Below are positions 22,425-35,899 of a stretch of DNA of 64,000 bases, in pieces. The position numbers and the translations under genes were made by a program. The notes under the pieces were generated by a model that was not told the origin of the DNA, ran no database searches, and saw only the letters and a program-made list of their open reading frames with translations. The number at the start of each line of letters is the position of its first letter. Position 1 is the stretch's first letter. The DNA is from Macrostomum lignano (lineage: Eukaryota), in NCBI GenBank assembly GCA_002269645.1, contig NIVC01002640.1:89761-153760 (forward strand), read 5' to 3'.

Positions 22425-23615
22425 GGAGTGAGACTGAGAGGGAGAGTGAGACAGAGAGGGAGAGTGAGACTAAGAGGGAGAGTGAGACTGAGAGGGAGAG
22501 TGAGACTGAGAGGAGAGTGAGACTAAGAGGGAGAGTGAGACTGAGAGGGAGAGTGAGACTGAGAGGAGAGTGAGACAGAGAGGAGAGTGAGACTAAGAGG
22601 GAGAGTGAGACAGAGAGGGAGAGTGAGACAGAGAGGGAGAGTGAGACTGAGAGGGAGAGTGAGACTGAGAGGGAGAGTGAGACTGAGAGGGAGAGTGAGA
22701 CTGAGAGGGAGAGTGAGACTAAGAGGGAGAGTGAGACAGAGAGGGAGAGTGAGACTGAGAGGGAGAGTGAGACAGAGAGGGAGAGTGAGACAGAGATAGA
22801 GAGAGAGAGAGAGAGTGAGAGAGAGAGTGAGAGAGAGATATAGAGAGAGAGAGGAGAGAGAGAGAGAGTGAGACTAAGAGGGAGAGTGAGACTGAGAGGG
22901 AGAGTGAGACTGAGAGGGAGAGTGAGACTGAGAGGAGAGTGAGACAGAGAGGAGAGTGAGACTAAGAGGGAGAGTGAGACTGAGAGGGAGAGTGAGACAG
23001 AGAGGGAGAGTGAGACAGAGAGGGAGAGTGAGACAGAGAGGGAGAGTGAGACTGAGAGGGAGAGTGAGACAGAGAGGGAGAGTGAGACTGAGAGGAGAGT
23101 GAGACAGAGAGGAGAGTGAGACTAAGAGGGAGAGTGAGACAGAGATATAGAGAGAGAGAGAGTGAGAGAGAGAGTGAGAGAGAGATATAGAGAGAGAGAG
23201 GAGAGAGAGAGAGAGTGAGAGAGAGAGAGTGATATAGAGAGAGAGGAGAGAGAGAGAGAGAGAGTGAGAGAGAGAGAGAGACAGAGAGTGATATAGAGAG
23301 AGAGGAGAGAGAGAGAGAGAGAGAGTGAGACAGCGAGAGTGAGATGGCGAGATAGCGAGAGTGAGATGGCGAGATAGCGAGAGTGAGATGGCGAGATAGC
23401 GAGAGTGAGATGGCGAGATAGCGAGAGTGAGATGGCGAGATAGCGAGAGTGAGATGGCGAGATAGCGAGAGTGAGATGGCGAGATAGCGAGAGTGAGATA
23501 GTGAGATAGCGAGAGTGAGATAGTGAGATAGCGAGAGTGAGATAGTGAGATAGCGAGAGTGAGATAGTGAGATAGCGAGAGTGAGATGGCGAGATAGCGG
23601 GAGTGAGATGGCGAG
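22425..23615. repeat. GA-rich compound repeats (18-bp GAGAGTGAGACTGAGAGG units, (GA)n, 22-bp GCGAGAGTGAGATGGCGAGATA units) in the Hox intron
   Basis: Direct reading. Confidence 0.95.
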
Positions 23616-24199
23616 ACAGAGACAAACACAATGTGTCACAGAGCGCACACAGAAGCCTGAGGTGAGACTTTCCCGTCGCTTCCGCAGTGGTTTATGCCGG
23701 CTCAGTGTGCAGAGCTGGCGCCAAAAGCGTGGGCGGCCATCTGCCCCGAAGCCCCCCCCCCAACGCTTCTGTCGCATTCACTTTCGACTGGCGCACCCGC
23801 CTGACACCCGCTGAATTCCGCTCCAGTAGCTGCTGACAAATGCCCCCAAATCCCCTCTGCTCAGCTGAGCAGTTTTCACTTCCTGGCTTCTCAACGCTCC
23901 AACTCGCGGTTGATTAGCTTAAAGCTGAAAGAGACTTTAAGAAAGTCTCTTAAAGTCTTTAAGACTTTAAGAGACTTGAAAGTCAAGCCTTGATTTTCAA
24001 AACATTTGTTTAAGAATGATTGCCATGAGAGGGGGAGGGCGCAGCTGGGCCGGAAATGGGGAGTCAATTTGCTATGGAATTTTATTTAGCGGAAATATAG
24101 ACTAACTGCCGGTCTCGGGCCCAATGACCCCGAAGAGACAGCTCAGCCCGCTTTGCTGGCTCACGAATTTGAGAAAAGAGCAATGAAGGCCCTAAGTTG

Positions 24200-25530
24200 T
24201 GGACATTGTGGAGCTAAATTGGACATTGTGGAGCTAAACTGGACATTGTGGAGCTAAACTGGACATTGTGGAGCTAAACTTGCGGACATTTTGGAGCTAA
24301 ATTGGAAATTGTAGAGCTAAATTGGACATTGTGGAGCTAAATTGGACATTGTGGAGCTAAACTGGACATTGTGGAGCTAAACTTGCGGACATTTTGGAGC
24401 TAAATTGGAAATTGTAGAGCTAAATTGGACATTGTGGAGCTAAACTGGACATTGTGGAGCTAAATTGGACATTGTGGAGCTAAACTGGACATTGTGGAGC
24501 TAAACTGGACATTGTGGAGCTAAACTGGACATTGTGGAGCTAAACTGGACATTGTGGAGCTAAACATGCGGACATTGTGGAGCTAAATAGGACATTGCGG
24601 AGCTGAATTGGACATTGTGGAGCTAAACTGGGCATTGTGAAGCTAAATTTGACATTTTCGAGCTAAATTAGACATTGTGAAGCTAAACTGGACATTGTGG
24701 AGCTAAACTTGCGGACATTTTGGAGCTAAATTGGACATTGTGGAGCTAAACTGGGCATTGTGGAGCTAAACTGGACATTGTGGAGCTAAACTGGACATTG
24801 TGGAGCTAAACTGGACATTGTGGAGCTAAACATGCGGACATTTTGGAGCTAAATTGGACATTGTGGAGCTAAATTGGACATTGTGGAGCTAAATTGGACA
24901 TTGTGGAGCTAAACTGGACATTGTGGAGCTAAACTGGACATTGTGGAGCTAAACTTGCGGACATTTTGGAGCTAAATTGGACATTGTGGAGCTAAACTGG
25001 ACATTGTGGAGCTAAACTGGACATTGTGGAGCTAAACATGCGGACATTTTGGAGCTAAATTGGACATTGTGGAGCTAAATTGGACATTGTGGAGCTAAAC
25101 TGGACATTGTGGAGCTAAATTGGACATTTTCGAGCTAAATTAGACATTGTGGAGCTAAACTGGACATCGTGGAGCTAAACTGGACATTGTGGAGCTAAAT
25201 TGGACATTGTGGAGCTAAACTGGACATTGTGGAGCTTAACTGGACATTGTGAAGCTAAACTGGACATTGTGGAGCTAAACTGGACATTGTGGAGCTAAAC
25301 TGGACATTGTGGAGCTAAACTGGACATCGTGGAGCTAAATTGGACATTGTAGAGCTAAACTGGACATTGTGGAGCTAAACTGGACATTGTGGAGCTAAAC
25401 TGGACATTATGGAGCTAAACTGGACATTGTGGAGCTAAACTGGACATTGTGGAGCTAAACTGGACATTATGGAGCTAAACTGGACATTGTGGAGCTAAAC
25501 TGGTCATTTTAGACTAAACTGGACATTGGT
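24200..25530. repeat. 20-bp minisatellite (GGACATTGTGGAGCTAAACT), about 65 copies, in the Hox intron
   Basis: Direct reading; copy number estimated from span divided by unit. Confidence 0.97.
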
Positions 25531-25567
25531 GCACTAAATCAAACACACTGGCAGCTCGCAGCCTCAC

Positions 25568-26231
25568 CGATGACGGTCATCCAAGGCCACAACTTGGCCG
25601 CATCGCCGGGCCCGCCCGTCTCGTCGGCCGCAGCCGCCGCCGCAGCCGCCGCCGCCGCTGTGTCGTCCAAATCCACCACGGCGTCTGCATCTTCCTCGTC
25701 CTCGTTGTCGATGTCGATGTCGTTCGGGTCGTCGTCTGGCCCGCTAGCGGCCACGGCGGCCACGGCGGTCAGGCCGCCGCGAACCCGGTGCTGCAGGCTG
25801 CGCACCGCGGCGTCCATCTGCAGTAGCGAGGCGCTCGTCGGCGCCGCCGCCCCCGTGGCCGCCGACACTCCGCCGCTGAAATAGCTGGCAGCCACCGCTG
25901 CTCCGGCGGCTACGGCGGCCGCCGCGGCCGACTGAGCGGAGGAGAAACGCTCTGTCCAGGGCTGCGAATCTGGCTGAGGCTGCTGCTGCTGCTGCTGCTG
26001 CTGCTGATGGACATGCGGATGCTGCGGGTGATAATGATGAAGCTGCAGATGCTCGGGATGCTGCTGCTGCTGATGGAGCTGATGCTGATAGTTTGACAGC
26101 GGTTGAAATGTCAGACTGTCTGACTGGTGCGCCGGGCTGACCGTCGACGCGGCCGCCACCGCCGCCGCGCTGAAAGCCGAAGGCTCAGCCACCGGTTCGT
26201 GCAGGACGCCGCCCAGACTGAAATAGTTCAT
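25568..26231 (-). CDS. Lox4: Central-class Hox gene, exon 1 (Ala/Gln/His-rich, hexapeptide WPWM)
   Basis: MNYFS-type Hox N-terminus and KLWPWMTVIG|GTGAGG donor at 25568/25567. The two exons total 1032 nt in frame (343 aa). Confidence 0.88.
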
Positions 26232-26232
26232 G

Positions 26233-26423
26233 CCAGCTGGGAACTGCCGGAGCTGCTTAGCTGGGAACTGCCGGAGCTGCTTAGCTGGGAACTGCCGGAG
26301 TCGCTTAGCTGGGAACTGCCGGAGCTGCTTAGCTGGGAATTTTCGGAGCTGCTTAGCTGGGAACTGCCGGAGCTGCTTAGCTGGGAATTTTCGGAGCTGC
26401 TTAGCTGGGAACTGCCGGAGCTG
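26233..26423. repeat. 24-bp tandem repeat (GCTGGGAACTGCCGGAGCTGCTTA), 8 copies, directly upstream of the Hox ATG
   Basis: Direct reading. Confidence 0.95.
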
Positions 26424-27443
26424 TGAATAATTTTCCTGTCTCTTGACCCTTCAAGCTATTGTTTTTGAGCCTAAAACTAGAGAATTGAGTTGCTGCTTGA
26501 GCTGAGCAGAGGGAAACGGCTGCTCAGCCAATGGCGGTGAAGACCGAGTCCGGGAGGCGAGTCGCACTGGCCGAGATTGGCTGGAGGCGGTGAGATGCGG
26601 CGCTGAGCTCAAGAGAATTCAGTTGGTCAAAAATTGAAGGGGCCACTTTTCTGTTTTAATTCAAATTTTTAATTCGAATTTTATTTGCAAAGTGGACAAT
26701 ACTTTTGGATGCTGGATGCCCCAGAACAAACAAATTAGGCAGCGATCTCTCCATTATTTAGCCTCCCACATCCCGCTTATCCTCTGTCCCCTCACACACT
26801 GCTAGACATCTCAATTTATCCAATTGTTAATCCTCAGGTATTTTCCCCTGTTCAATAATTAGTGGTGAAATCATTGTTGAATTTACATGGAATCTGTAGC
26901 CGCTAAAACACTGGTAGAGTTCGATGGAGCACATTGTGCTCAGACTCATTATGGGGGGGCGTTATAAATCACACTCCGAGCCGATGCCTATCAGCGGCCT
27001 CAGGCGGTCTGTACCCCTCCCCTCCCCCCTCACCTCGTGTCCGCTCCACTGACAGGGCTTGGCATAGCGGGGCATAAATATTTGACTTTCTCAACCCCCC
27101 TTCTCAGACATCCAGTGGGCGGGGCAGCCAGCAAAGACAATAAATAACTCCCCTTCTCCCCTTCTCCCCTAGCTGAGACTCTGCTCTATTACCAGCGCTT
27201 TATCTGCTTGATAGAAATGTATACGAGCTGCGCTGGCCCGGGTTGAAGCTGAGCAGTAAATCAGCTCAAGTGCGGATGGCCGGGCGAGGCCTGATGCCGA
27301 GCTCAGATAGTCTGGGGATTCCCACTGAGAGCCACCCCTGGATGGCTCCGTTGGACATGGGAGCAGAGTGGGAGCAACTAAGCCGGGTGTTGCTGTTGTT
27401 TCAGGCGTGAGTTTGCGAATAATTCTTTCTGATAAATTTTAAA

Positions 27444-27895
27444 GAGCCATCACTACCCCTGTTCCCTAGTCATTCAATGAGCCATCACTACCCCTGTTCC
27501 CTAGTCATTCAATGAGCCATCACTACCCCTGTTCCCTAGTCATTCAATGAGCCATCACTACCCCTGTTCCCTAGTCATTCAATGAGCCATCACTACCCCT
27601 GTTCCCTGGTCATTCAATGCGCCATCACTACCCCTGTTCCCTAGTCATTCAATGAGCCATCACTACCCCTGTTCCCTAGTCATTCAATGAGCCATCACTA
27701 CCCCTGTTCCCTAGTCATTCAATGAGCCATCACTACCCCTGTTCCCTAGTCATTCAATGAGCCATCACTACCCCTGTTCCCTAGTCATTCAATGAGCCAT
27801 CACTACCCCTGTTCCCTAGTCATTCAATGAGCCATCACTACCCCTGTTCTCTAGTCATTCAATGAGCCATCACTACCCCTGTTCTCTGGTCATTC
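27444..27895. repeat. 35-bp minisatellite (GAGCCATCACTACCCCTGTTCCCTAGTCATTCAAT)
   Basis: Recurs at 27444, 27479, ...; about 13 copies. Confidence 0.96.
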
Positions 27896-28159
27896 TCGAA
27901 GCAGTAAAGAAAGCAACTGAAATTTTCCGTGCCTTCTTTCTGCCTCAGCAAAATGTTAATTATAAAAAATGTGCCAAAATAGTCAGTTCTCACACTTTTT
28001 TCTTTTTCTGCTGTTAAAAAGCAGGCTCTCACCTGCTCTGGAGATCAGGCATTTAATAAAGAATAAGCGCAGTCCGAATTGAATTTTTAATTAGCCTCTC
28101 AGACCGGCACTCGCCTCGCTCTGTTGTTGCAACAAGTAATGTGTGTTTTAGAGTGCTTA

Positions 28160-28431
28160 TGGCCATACCCATGCCCATACCCATGCCCATACCCATACCC
28201 ATACCCATACCCATGCCCATACCCATACCCATGCCCATACCCATGCCCATACCCATGCCCATACCCATACCTTTACCCACATACCCATACCCATACCCAT
28301 GTCCACACTCATACCCACACCCATACCCATACCCATGCCTATACCCATGCCCATACCCATACCCACACCCATGCCCATACCCATACCCATGTCCAAACCC
28401 ATACCCATGCCTATACCCATACCTTTACCCA

Positions 28432-28500
<69 letters not shown>

Positions 28501-28523
28501 GCCCATACCCATACCTTTACCCA

Positions 28524-28562
<39 letters not shown>

Positions 28563-28615
28563 GCCCATACCCATACCCATACCCATACCCATGCCCATAC
28601 CCATACCTTTACCCA

Positions 28616-28660
<45 letters not shown>

Positions 28661-28661
28661 G

Positions 28662-28696
<35 letters not shown>

Positions 28697-28902
28697 GCCC
28701 ATACCCATGCCCATACCCATACCCATACCCATTCCCATGCCCATACCCATACCTTTACCCACATACCCATACCCATGCCCATACCCATACCCATACCCAT
28801 GCCCATACCCATGCCCACACCCATACCCATACCCATGCCCATACCCATACCCATGCCTATACCCATGCCCATACCCATACCCATGTCCACACTCATACCC
28901 AC

Positions 28903-28944
<42 letters not shown>

Positions 28945-29157
28945 GCCCATACCCATACCTTTACCCACATGCCCATACCCATACCCATACCCATACCCAT
29001 GCCCATACCCATGCCCATACCCATACCCATACCCATTCCCATACCCATACCCACCCCCATACCCACACCCATACCCATACCCATACCCACCCCCATACCC
29101 ACCCCATACCCACCCCCATACCCACCCCCATACCCACCCCCATACCCATACCCATAA
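28160..29157. repeat. (ATACCC)n hexamer microsatellite with variants
   Basis: Direct reading; the PYPY/HTHT/MGMG ORFs are artefacts. Confidence 0.97.
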
Positions 29158-29489
29158 CCGTAACAGTTCCGATGCCAGCGGCGCTCTATTCATCCCCGTG
29201 CCAAATCAAAGCAAGTCACTGTAGAAAGGTGACAGGTCAGCAAAAGTAATGAGTCAGATGCAAGCTTAGTTATAAACACGAATACCGGTAAAGATCCTCT
29301 CCCATGCAGAACTGCGCCCAGTAACTGGGTCGCTTAAGTACTCGCTTCAGGCAAGGCGCTCTGGACAGCGATCTGGAAGTTGAGTCGAAATTCACCGACA
29401 CCCACCCCGGATATCTACCTTGGTAACACTATGGCCAAGTTATTGATTTACAATCTTAGCTATTTTAGATCAAACTCAGACTAGATTTA

Positions 29490-30634
29490 GCGCCGAATGA
29501 GCTCACAGACTAGATTTTAGCGCCAATTTAGCTTGTAGACTAGATTTTAGCGCCAATTTAGCTTGTAGACTAGATTTTAGCGCCAATTTAGCTCACAGAC
29601 TAGATTTTAGCGCCAATTTAGCTTGTAGACTAGATTTTAGCGCCAATTTAGCTTGTAGACTAGATTTTAGCGCCAATTTAGCTCACAGACTAGATTTTAG
29701 CGCCAATTTAGCTTGTAGACTAGATTTTAGCGCCAATTTAGCTTGTAGACTAGATTTTAGCGCCAATTTAGCTTGTAGACTAGATTTTAGCGCCAATTTA
29801 GCTCACAGACTAGATTTTAGCGCCAAATGAGCTCACAGGCTAGATTTTAGCGCCAATTTAGCTTGTAGACTAGATTTTAGCGTCAATTTAGCTCACAGAC
29901 TAGATTTTAGCGTCAATTTAGCTTGTAGACTAGATTTTAGCGCCAATTTAGCTTGTAGACTAGATTTTAGCGCCAATTTAGCTCACAGACTAGATTTTAG
30001 CGCCAAATGAGCTCACAGGCTAGATTTTAGCGCCAATTTAGCTCACAGACTAGATTTTAGCGCCGAATGAGCTCACAGGCTAGATTTTAGCGCCAATTTA
30101 GCTCACAGACTAGATTTTAGCGCCGAATGAGCTCACAGACTAGATTTTAGCGCCAAATGAGCTCACAGACTAGATTTTAGCGCCAAATAATCTCACAGAC
30201 TAGATTTAGCGCCAATTTAGCTTGTAGACAAGATTTTAGCGCCAATTTAGCTTGTAGACTAGATTTTAGCGCCAATTTAGCTTGTAGACTAGATTTTAGC
30301 GCCAATTTAGCTTGTAGACTAGATTTTAGCGCCAATTTAGCTTGTAGACTAGATTTTAGCGCCAATTTAGCTTGTAGACTAGATTTTAGCGCCAATTTAG
30401 CTCACAGACTAGATTTTGGCGCCAAATAATCTCACAGACTAGATTTAGCGCTAATTTAGCTTGTAGACAAGATTTTAGCGCCAATTTAGCTTGTAGACAA
30501 GATTTTAGCGCCAATTTAGCTTGTAGACTAGATTTTAGCGCCAATTTAGCTTGTAGACTAGATTTTAGCGCCAATTTAGCTTGTAGACTAGATTTTAGCG
30601 CCAATTTAGCTTGTAGACTAGATTTTAGCGCCAA
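29490..30634. repeat. 30-bp minisatellite (GACTAGATTTTAGCGCCAATTTAGCTTGTA); resumes at 44872 after the Helitron block
   Basis: Direct reading; left end ...GCGCCAA joined to 44872 TTTAGCTCACAGACTAG rebuilds an intact unit. Confidence 0.96.
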
Positions 30635-30857
30635 CTAGCAATCTACGCCCCCCGTTGGGGAGCCAAAGAAATGCAATACACGTTTTTTTAATAAGCTACA
30701 TGTATCCTTGAAATCTTAAAAAAATCTCCTGTCAAACCTTGTAAGCCTTGACATGTCAGTAATTCCCCCCCCACAAGCTTTAAGTTATCAACTTCCCCCC
30801 TTGACATCACAGCAATGCCCCCAATAAGCCTTGGAAATCTAAAAACTGTCAACCTTC

Positions 30858-30934
30858 TAACCCTAACCCTAGCCTAACCCTAACCCTAACCCTAGCCTAA
30901 CCCTAACCCTAACCCTAACCCTAACCTAACCCTA
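30858..30934. repeat. Interstitial telomere-like (TAACCC)n tract inside Helitron A
   Basis: CTAACCCTAACCCTAGCCTAACCC..., direct reading. Confidence 0.9.
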
Positions 30935-31739
30935 AAACATTGAAATTTCAGTAATTCTGAGTCATTATAGCACTACTACAGCATTATAGCGATTCCCTGC
31001 AAGCCTCGACATCGTAGGGATTCCCAAATGAATCTCTTAACTTCGACATGAAGCTTCTTTTATTTTTTACATTACGCTTTTTTTATCAGCGATCCCTCCC
31101 CTGAGGAGGCATCAAATAATGTAATAAAAAGTTTTCAATAAACTACATGTAGCTTCTGGCTTTAGCCTTGGAATCTCATTTATACCCCCGTGAGCCTTGA
31201 CATCTCAGCTATTCCCCCCGTAAGCCTTAACATGTCAGCGATGGCCCCCATAAACCTTGAAATCTAAAAAATCCCTTGTTATTCTGTTAACCTTGAAACC
31301 CGATAAAAATATAACCCTCAACCCACACCTGACCTAAACCTAACTTTAACCCAACCTAAAGCCTTGAAATCTCAGCAATTCTTCTCCCCTAAGCCTTGAC
31401 ATTTTAGTGATTCCTTCTTTAAGAATCACAGCACTATAACGATTTCCACCTAGCTTTGACATCGTAGCAATTCCCAAATGAATCTTTTAACTTCGACATG
31501 ACTTTTCTTTTATGTATACATAGTGCTACTTTTATTTTTTACATGACTCTTCTTCTATCAGCGACCCCCCCCGTGGCGAGCCAACAAAGAATGCAACAAA
31601 AAAATTGAGTAAAGTACATGAACTTTGAAGTAGCTTCTGACTTTTGCTTTGACATCTCAGAACCCCCCCCCGTAATGTCAGTTATTCTCTGAGAGCCTTT
31701 ACGTCTCAGTTTTTCTCCCCAGCACAGCATTATAGCTGC

Positions 31740-34310
31740 ATTTAATTTTTACATGACACCTTTCATGTCTGACATGACGCTTCTTTTATTCTACCATGAT
31801 GCTTCTTAATTTTTTAAATGACACTTTCATTAGTTTTAAATGAGGCTCCTATGATTATTTCATGACGCTTCTACGATTTCTGCAGGACGCTTCAATGATT
31901 TTTACATGACGCCTCTATGATTTTTACATGACGCTACTATGATTTTCATATGACGCTTCTATGATTTTTTACATGACGCTTTTATGATTTTTTACATGAC
32001 GCTTTTATGATTTTTACATGACGCTTTTACGATTGTTTACATGACGCTTCTCTGATTTTTTACATGACGCTTCTATGATTGTTTACATGACGCTTTTATG
32101 ATTGTTTACATGACGCTTCTATGATTGTTTACATGACGCTTTTATGATTGTTTACTTGACGCTTTTATGATTGTTTACATGACGCTTCTCTGATTTTTTA
32201 CATGACGCTTCTATGATTGTTTACATGACGCTTTTATGATTGTTTACATGACGCTTCTATGATTGTTTACATGACGCTCCTATGATTTTTTACATGACGC
32301 TTCTATGATTTTTTACATGACGCTTCTATGATTTTTTAAATGACGCTTCCATGATTTTAAAATGACGCTTCTACGATTTTTCACATGACACTTCTATGAT
32401 TGTTTACATGACGCTTCTATGATTTTTTACATGACGCATCTATGATTTTTTAAATGACGCTTCTATGATTTTTATATGACGCTTCCATGATTTTTTAAAT
32501 GACGCTTCTATGATTTTTATATGACGCTTCCATGATTTTTTAAATGACGCTTCCATGATTTTGAAATGACGCTTTTATGATTTTCACATGACACTTCTAT
32601 GATTGTTTACATGACGCTTCTATGATTTTTTACATGACTCTTCTTCTATCAGCGACCCCCCCCGTGGCGAGCCAACAAAGAATGCAACAAAAAAATTGAG
32701 TAAAGTACATGAACTTTGAAGTAGCTTCTGACTTTTGCTTTGACATCTCAGAACCCCCCCCGTAATGTCAGTTATTCTCTGAGAGCCTTTACGTCTCAGT
32801 TTTTCTCCCCAGCACAGCATTATAGCTGCATTTAATTTTTACATGACACCTTTCATGTCTGACATGACGCTTCTTTTATTCTACCATGATGCTTCTTAAT
32901 TTTTTAAATGACACTTTCATTAGTTTTAAATGAGGCTCCTATGATTATTTCATGACGCTTCTACGATTTCTGCAGGACGCTTCAATGATTTTTACATGAC
33001 GCCTCTATGATTTTTACATGACGCTACTATGATTTTCATATGACGCTTCTATGATTTTTTACATGACGCTTTTATGATTTTTTACATGACGCTTTTATGA
33101 TTTTTACATGACGCTTTTACGATTGTTTACATGACGCTTCTCTGATTTTTTACATGACGCTTCTATGATTGTTTACATGACGCTTTTATGATTGTTTACA
33201 TGACGCTTCTATGATTGTTTACATGACGCTTTTATGATTGTTTACTTGACGCTTTTATGATTGTTTACATGACGCTTCTCTGATTTTTTACATGACGCTT
33301 CTATGATTGTTTACATGACGCTTTTATGATTGTTTACATGACGCTTCTATGATTGTTTACATGACGCTCCTATGATTTTTTACATGACGCTTCTATGATT
33401 TTTTACATGACGCTTCTATGATTTTTTAAATGACGCTTCCATGATTTTAAAATGACGCTTCTACGATTTTTCACATGACACTTCTATGATTGTTTACATG
33501 ACGCTTCTATGATTTTTTACATGACGCATCTATGATTTTTTAAATGACGCTTCTATGATTTTTATATGACGCTTCCATGATTTTTTAAATGACGCTTCTA
33601 TGATTTTTATATGACGCTTCCATGATTTTTTAAATGACGCTTCCATGATTTTGAAATGACGCTTTTATGATTTTCACATGACACTTCTATGATTGTTTAC
33701 ATGACGCTTCTATGATTTTTTACATGACGCTTCTATGATTTTTACATGACGCTTCTATGATTGTTTACAGGACGCTTCTATGATTGTTTACATGACGCTT
33801 CTATGACTTTTTTACATGACGCTTCTATGATTGTTTACATGACGCTTCTATGATTTTTTAAATGACGCTTCTATGATTTTTATATGACGCTTCTACGATT
33901 GTTTACATGACGCTTTTATGATTGTTTACATGACGCTTCTATACTTTTTTACATGACGCTTGTATGATTTTTTTACATGACGCTTCTATGATTTTTATAT
34001 GACGCTTCTACGATTGTTTGCATGACGCTTCTATGATTATTTACATGACGCTTCGATTTTTTTACAAGACTCTTAGATATGATTTTTTACATGACGCTTC
34101 TATGATTGTTTACATGACGCTTCTATGATTGTTTACATGACGCTTCAATGATTCTTTAAATGACGCATTTATGATTTTTATATGACGCTTCTATGATTTT
34201 TTAAATGACGCTTCTACGATTTTTACATGATGCTTCTATGATTTTTTAAATGACGCTTCTACGATTTTTTACATGACGCTTCTATGATTTTCACATGACG
34301 ATTCTTTTTA
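31740..34310. repeat. About 23-bp AT-rich minisatellite (TTTACATGACGCTTCTATGATT) containing a 1081-bp tandem duplication (about 31539-32619 / 32620-33700)
   Basis: Direct reading; the identical ORFs at 31539 and 32620 mark the duplication offset. Confidence 0.93.
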
Positions 34311-35089
34311 AAAAGTCTTTTAGTTTTCCTGATGTTGAAAAGCTTTAATTAAAAAAATTATACACTATGAAATTTCGAACCATCGTCGCTGCATTTAGCA
34401 GTTCAATTTGTTCACCTCTAGGCTAGCTCTCATCGTTTTGATATCATCAAATTTTTCACTTATATAATTCAACACTCTAAAATCCAAGCATAGAGTAAAT
34501 CACACGAAGCAGTTATGACATAATCAGTTTCTCAGTCAGTCAGTATCAGTTAACAATATGGTTACGCAATTTAAATCAAGTCTGGTGCTACGCTTCACAC
34601 TGCATTTTCAATTCAAGTCGAAGTTACAATTCAGTTATGATGCAATCTATTTCAGAATCAGAATTCAACCAGTCAGTTTTTTTCTCTAGCATTCTTACGA
34701 GCTACAATACATTTCAAGTCGAAAAGTTTGCTTGACCTTTGCAAAAAAGCATGTTTTTCGAATATTTAATGCCTTTAGCATCGAGCAATTTCTTAGCCAC
34801 GATGCATGTACAGTCACAGGAAAATTTCTGATCGAACAGTGCAAGTTCGAACAAAATCGGTCCAGCCATTTTTTCTCTAATCGATCACATAGACACAGAC
34901 AGACCATTTTTAGTATATAGGACTAGCAATCTTTGCCCCCCGATGGGGGGCATCTGGATAGAATCCTTGTTTTTTACAAATAACAAATAGACAGCGAAAT
35001 AAAGCCTTCAGAAAAAACAACAGACATTCCCTCTTAAAAACAAAACATCCCAAGACAGCAAGCATCCTCAGACAACATTCAAGCATTGA

Positions 35090-35860
35090 TCCCCAAATAG
35101 CAAGCATCCCCCAGACTGCAAGCATCCCCCAGATAGCAAGCATCCCCAGATAGCAAGCATCCCCCAGACTGCAAGCATCCCCCCGATAGCAAGCATTCCC
35201 CAGACCCCAGATAGCAAGCATCCCCCAGATAGCAAGCATCCCGCAGATAGCAAGCATCCCCCAGATAGCAAGCATTCCTCAGATAGCAAGCATCCCCCAG
35301 ATCGCAAGCATCCCCAGATAGCAAGCATTCCCCAGACCCCAGATAGCAAGCGTCCCCAGATGGCAAGCATCCCCAGATAGCAAGCATCCCCCAGACTGCA
35401 AGCATCCCCCGATAGCAAGCATTCCCCCAGACCCCAGATAGCAAGCATCCCCCAGATAGCAAGCATCCCGCAGATAGCAAGCATCCCCCAGATAGCAAGC
35501 ATTCCTCAGATAGCAAGCATCCCCCAGATCGCAAGCATCCCCAGATAGCAAGCATTCCCCCAGACCCCAGATAGCAAGCGTCCCCCAGATAGCAAGCATC
35601 CCGCAGATAGCAAGCATCCCCCAGATAGCAAGCATCCCGCAGATAGCAAGCATCCCCTAGATAGCAAGCATCCCCCCCCCCCAGATAGCAAGCATCCCCC
35701 AGACAGCAAGCAACCCCTGATAGCAAGCATAACCTGGATACAAAGATACCTTATAGATATCTAGCAACCCCCTCTCAGATAGCAAGTACTCTCCACCCCA
35801 AGAGCAAGCATCCCCCTGATAGCAAGTATCCATCCTTAAATAGCAAGCATCCACCAGAGA
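35090..35860. repeat. About 18-19-bp minisatellite (AGATAGCAAGCATCCCCC) inside Helitron B
   Basis: Direct reading. Confidence 0.95.
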
Positions 35861-35899
35861 ACAAGTAGCTAGTGCAACAATTTCCTTAGCTTTATAATG

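Larger units (their letters stand above)
30635..34922 (-). mobile_element. Non-autonomous Helitron A (5' TC at 34922, 3' hairpin + CTAG at 30635)
   Basis: Minus strand starts TCCTATATACTAAAA and ends GCTCCCCAACGGGGGGC-GTAGATTG-CTAG|T, the canonical Helitron termini; no Rep/helicase ORF. Confidence 0.8.

Noticed and set aside
28053-29249. PYPY/HTHT/MGMG ORFs resembling His-rich or extensin-like proteins
   Set aside because: All six frames are open because of the (ATACCC)n repeat; no signal peptide or splice support.
31740-34310. More than 100 TGACG and TGTTTAC (CRE half-site, forkhead) motifs in the Helitron minisatellite as a Hox super-enhancer
   Set aside because: Motif multiplicity follows trivially from tandem amplification; nothing in the sequence indicates function.
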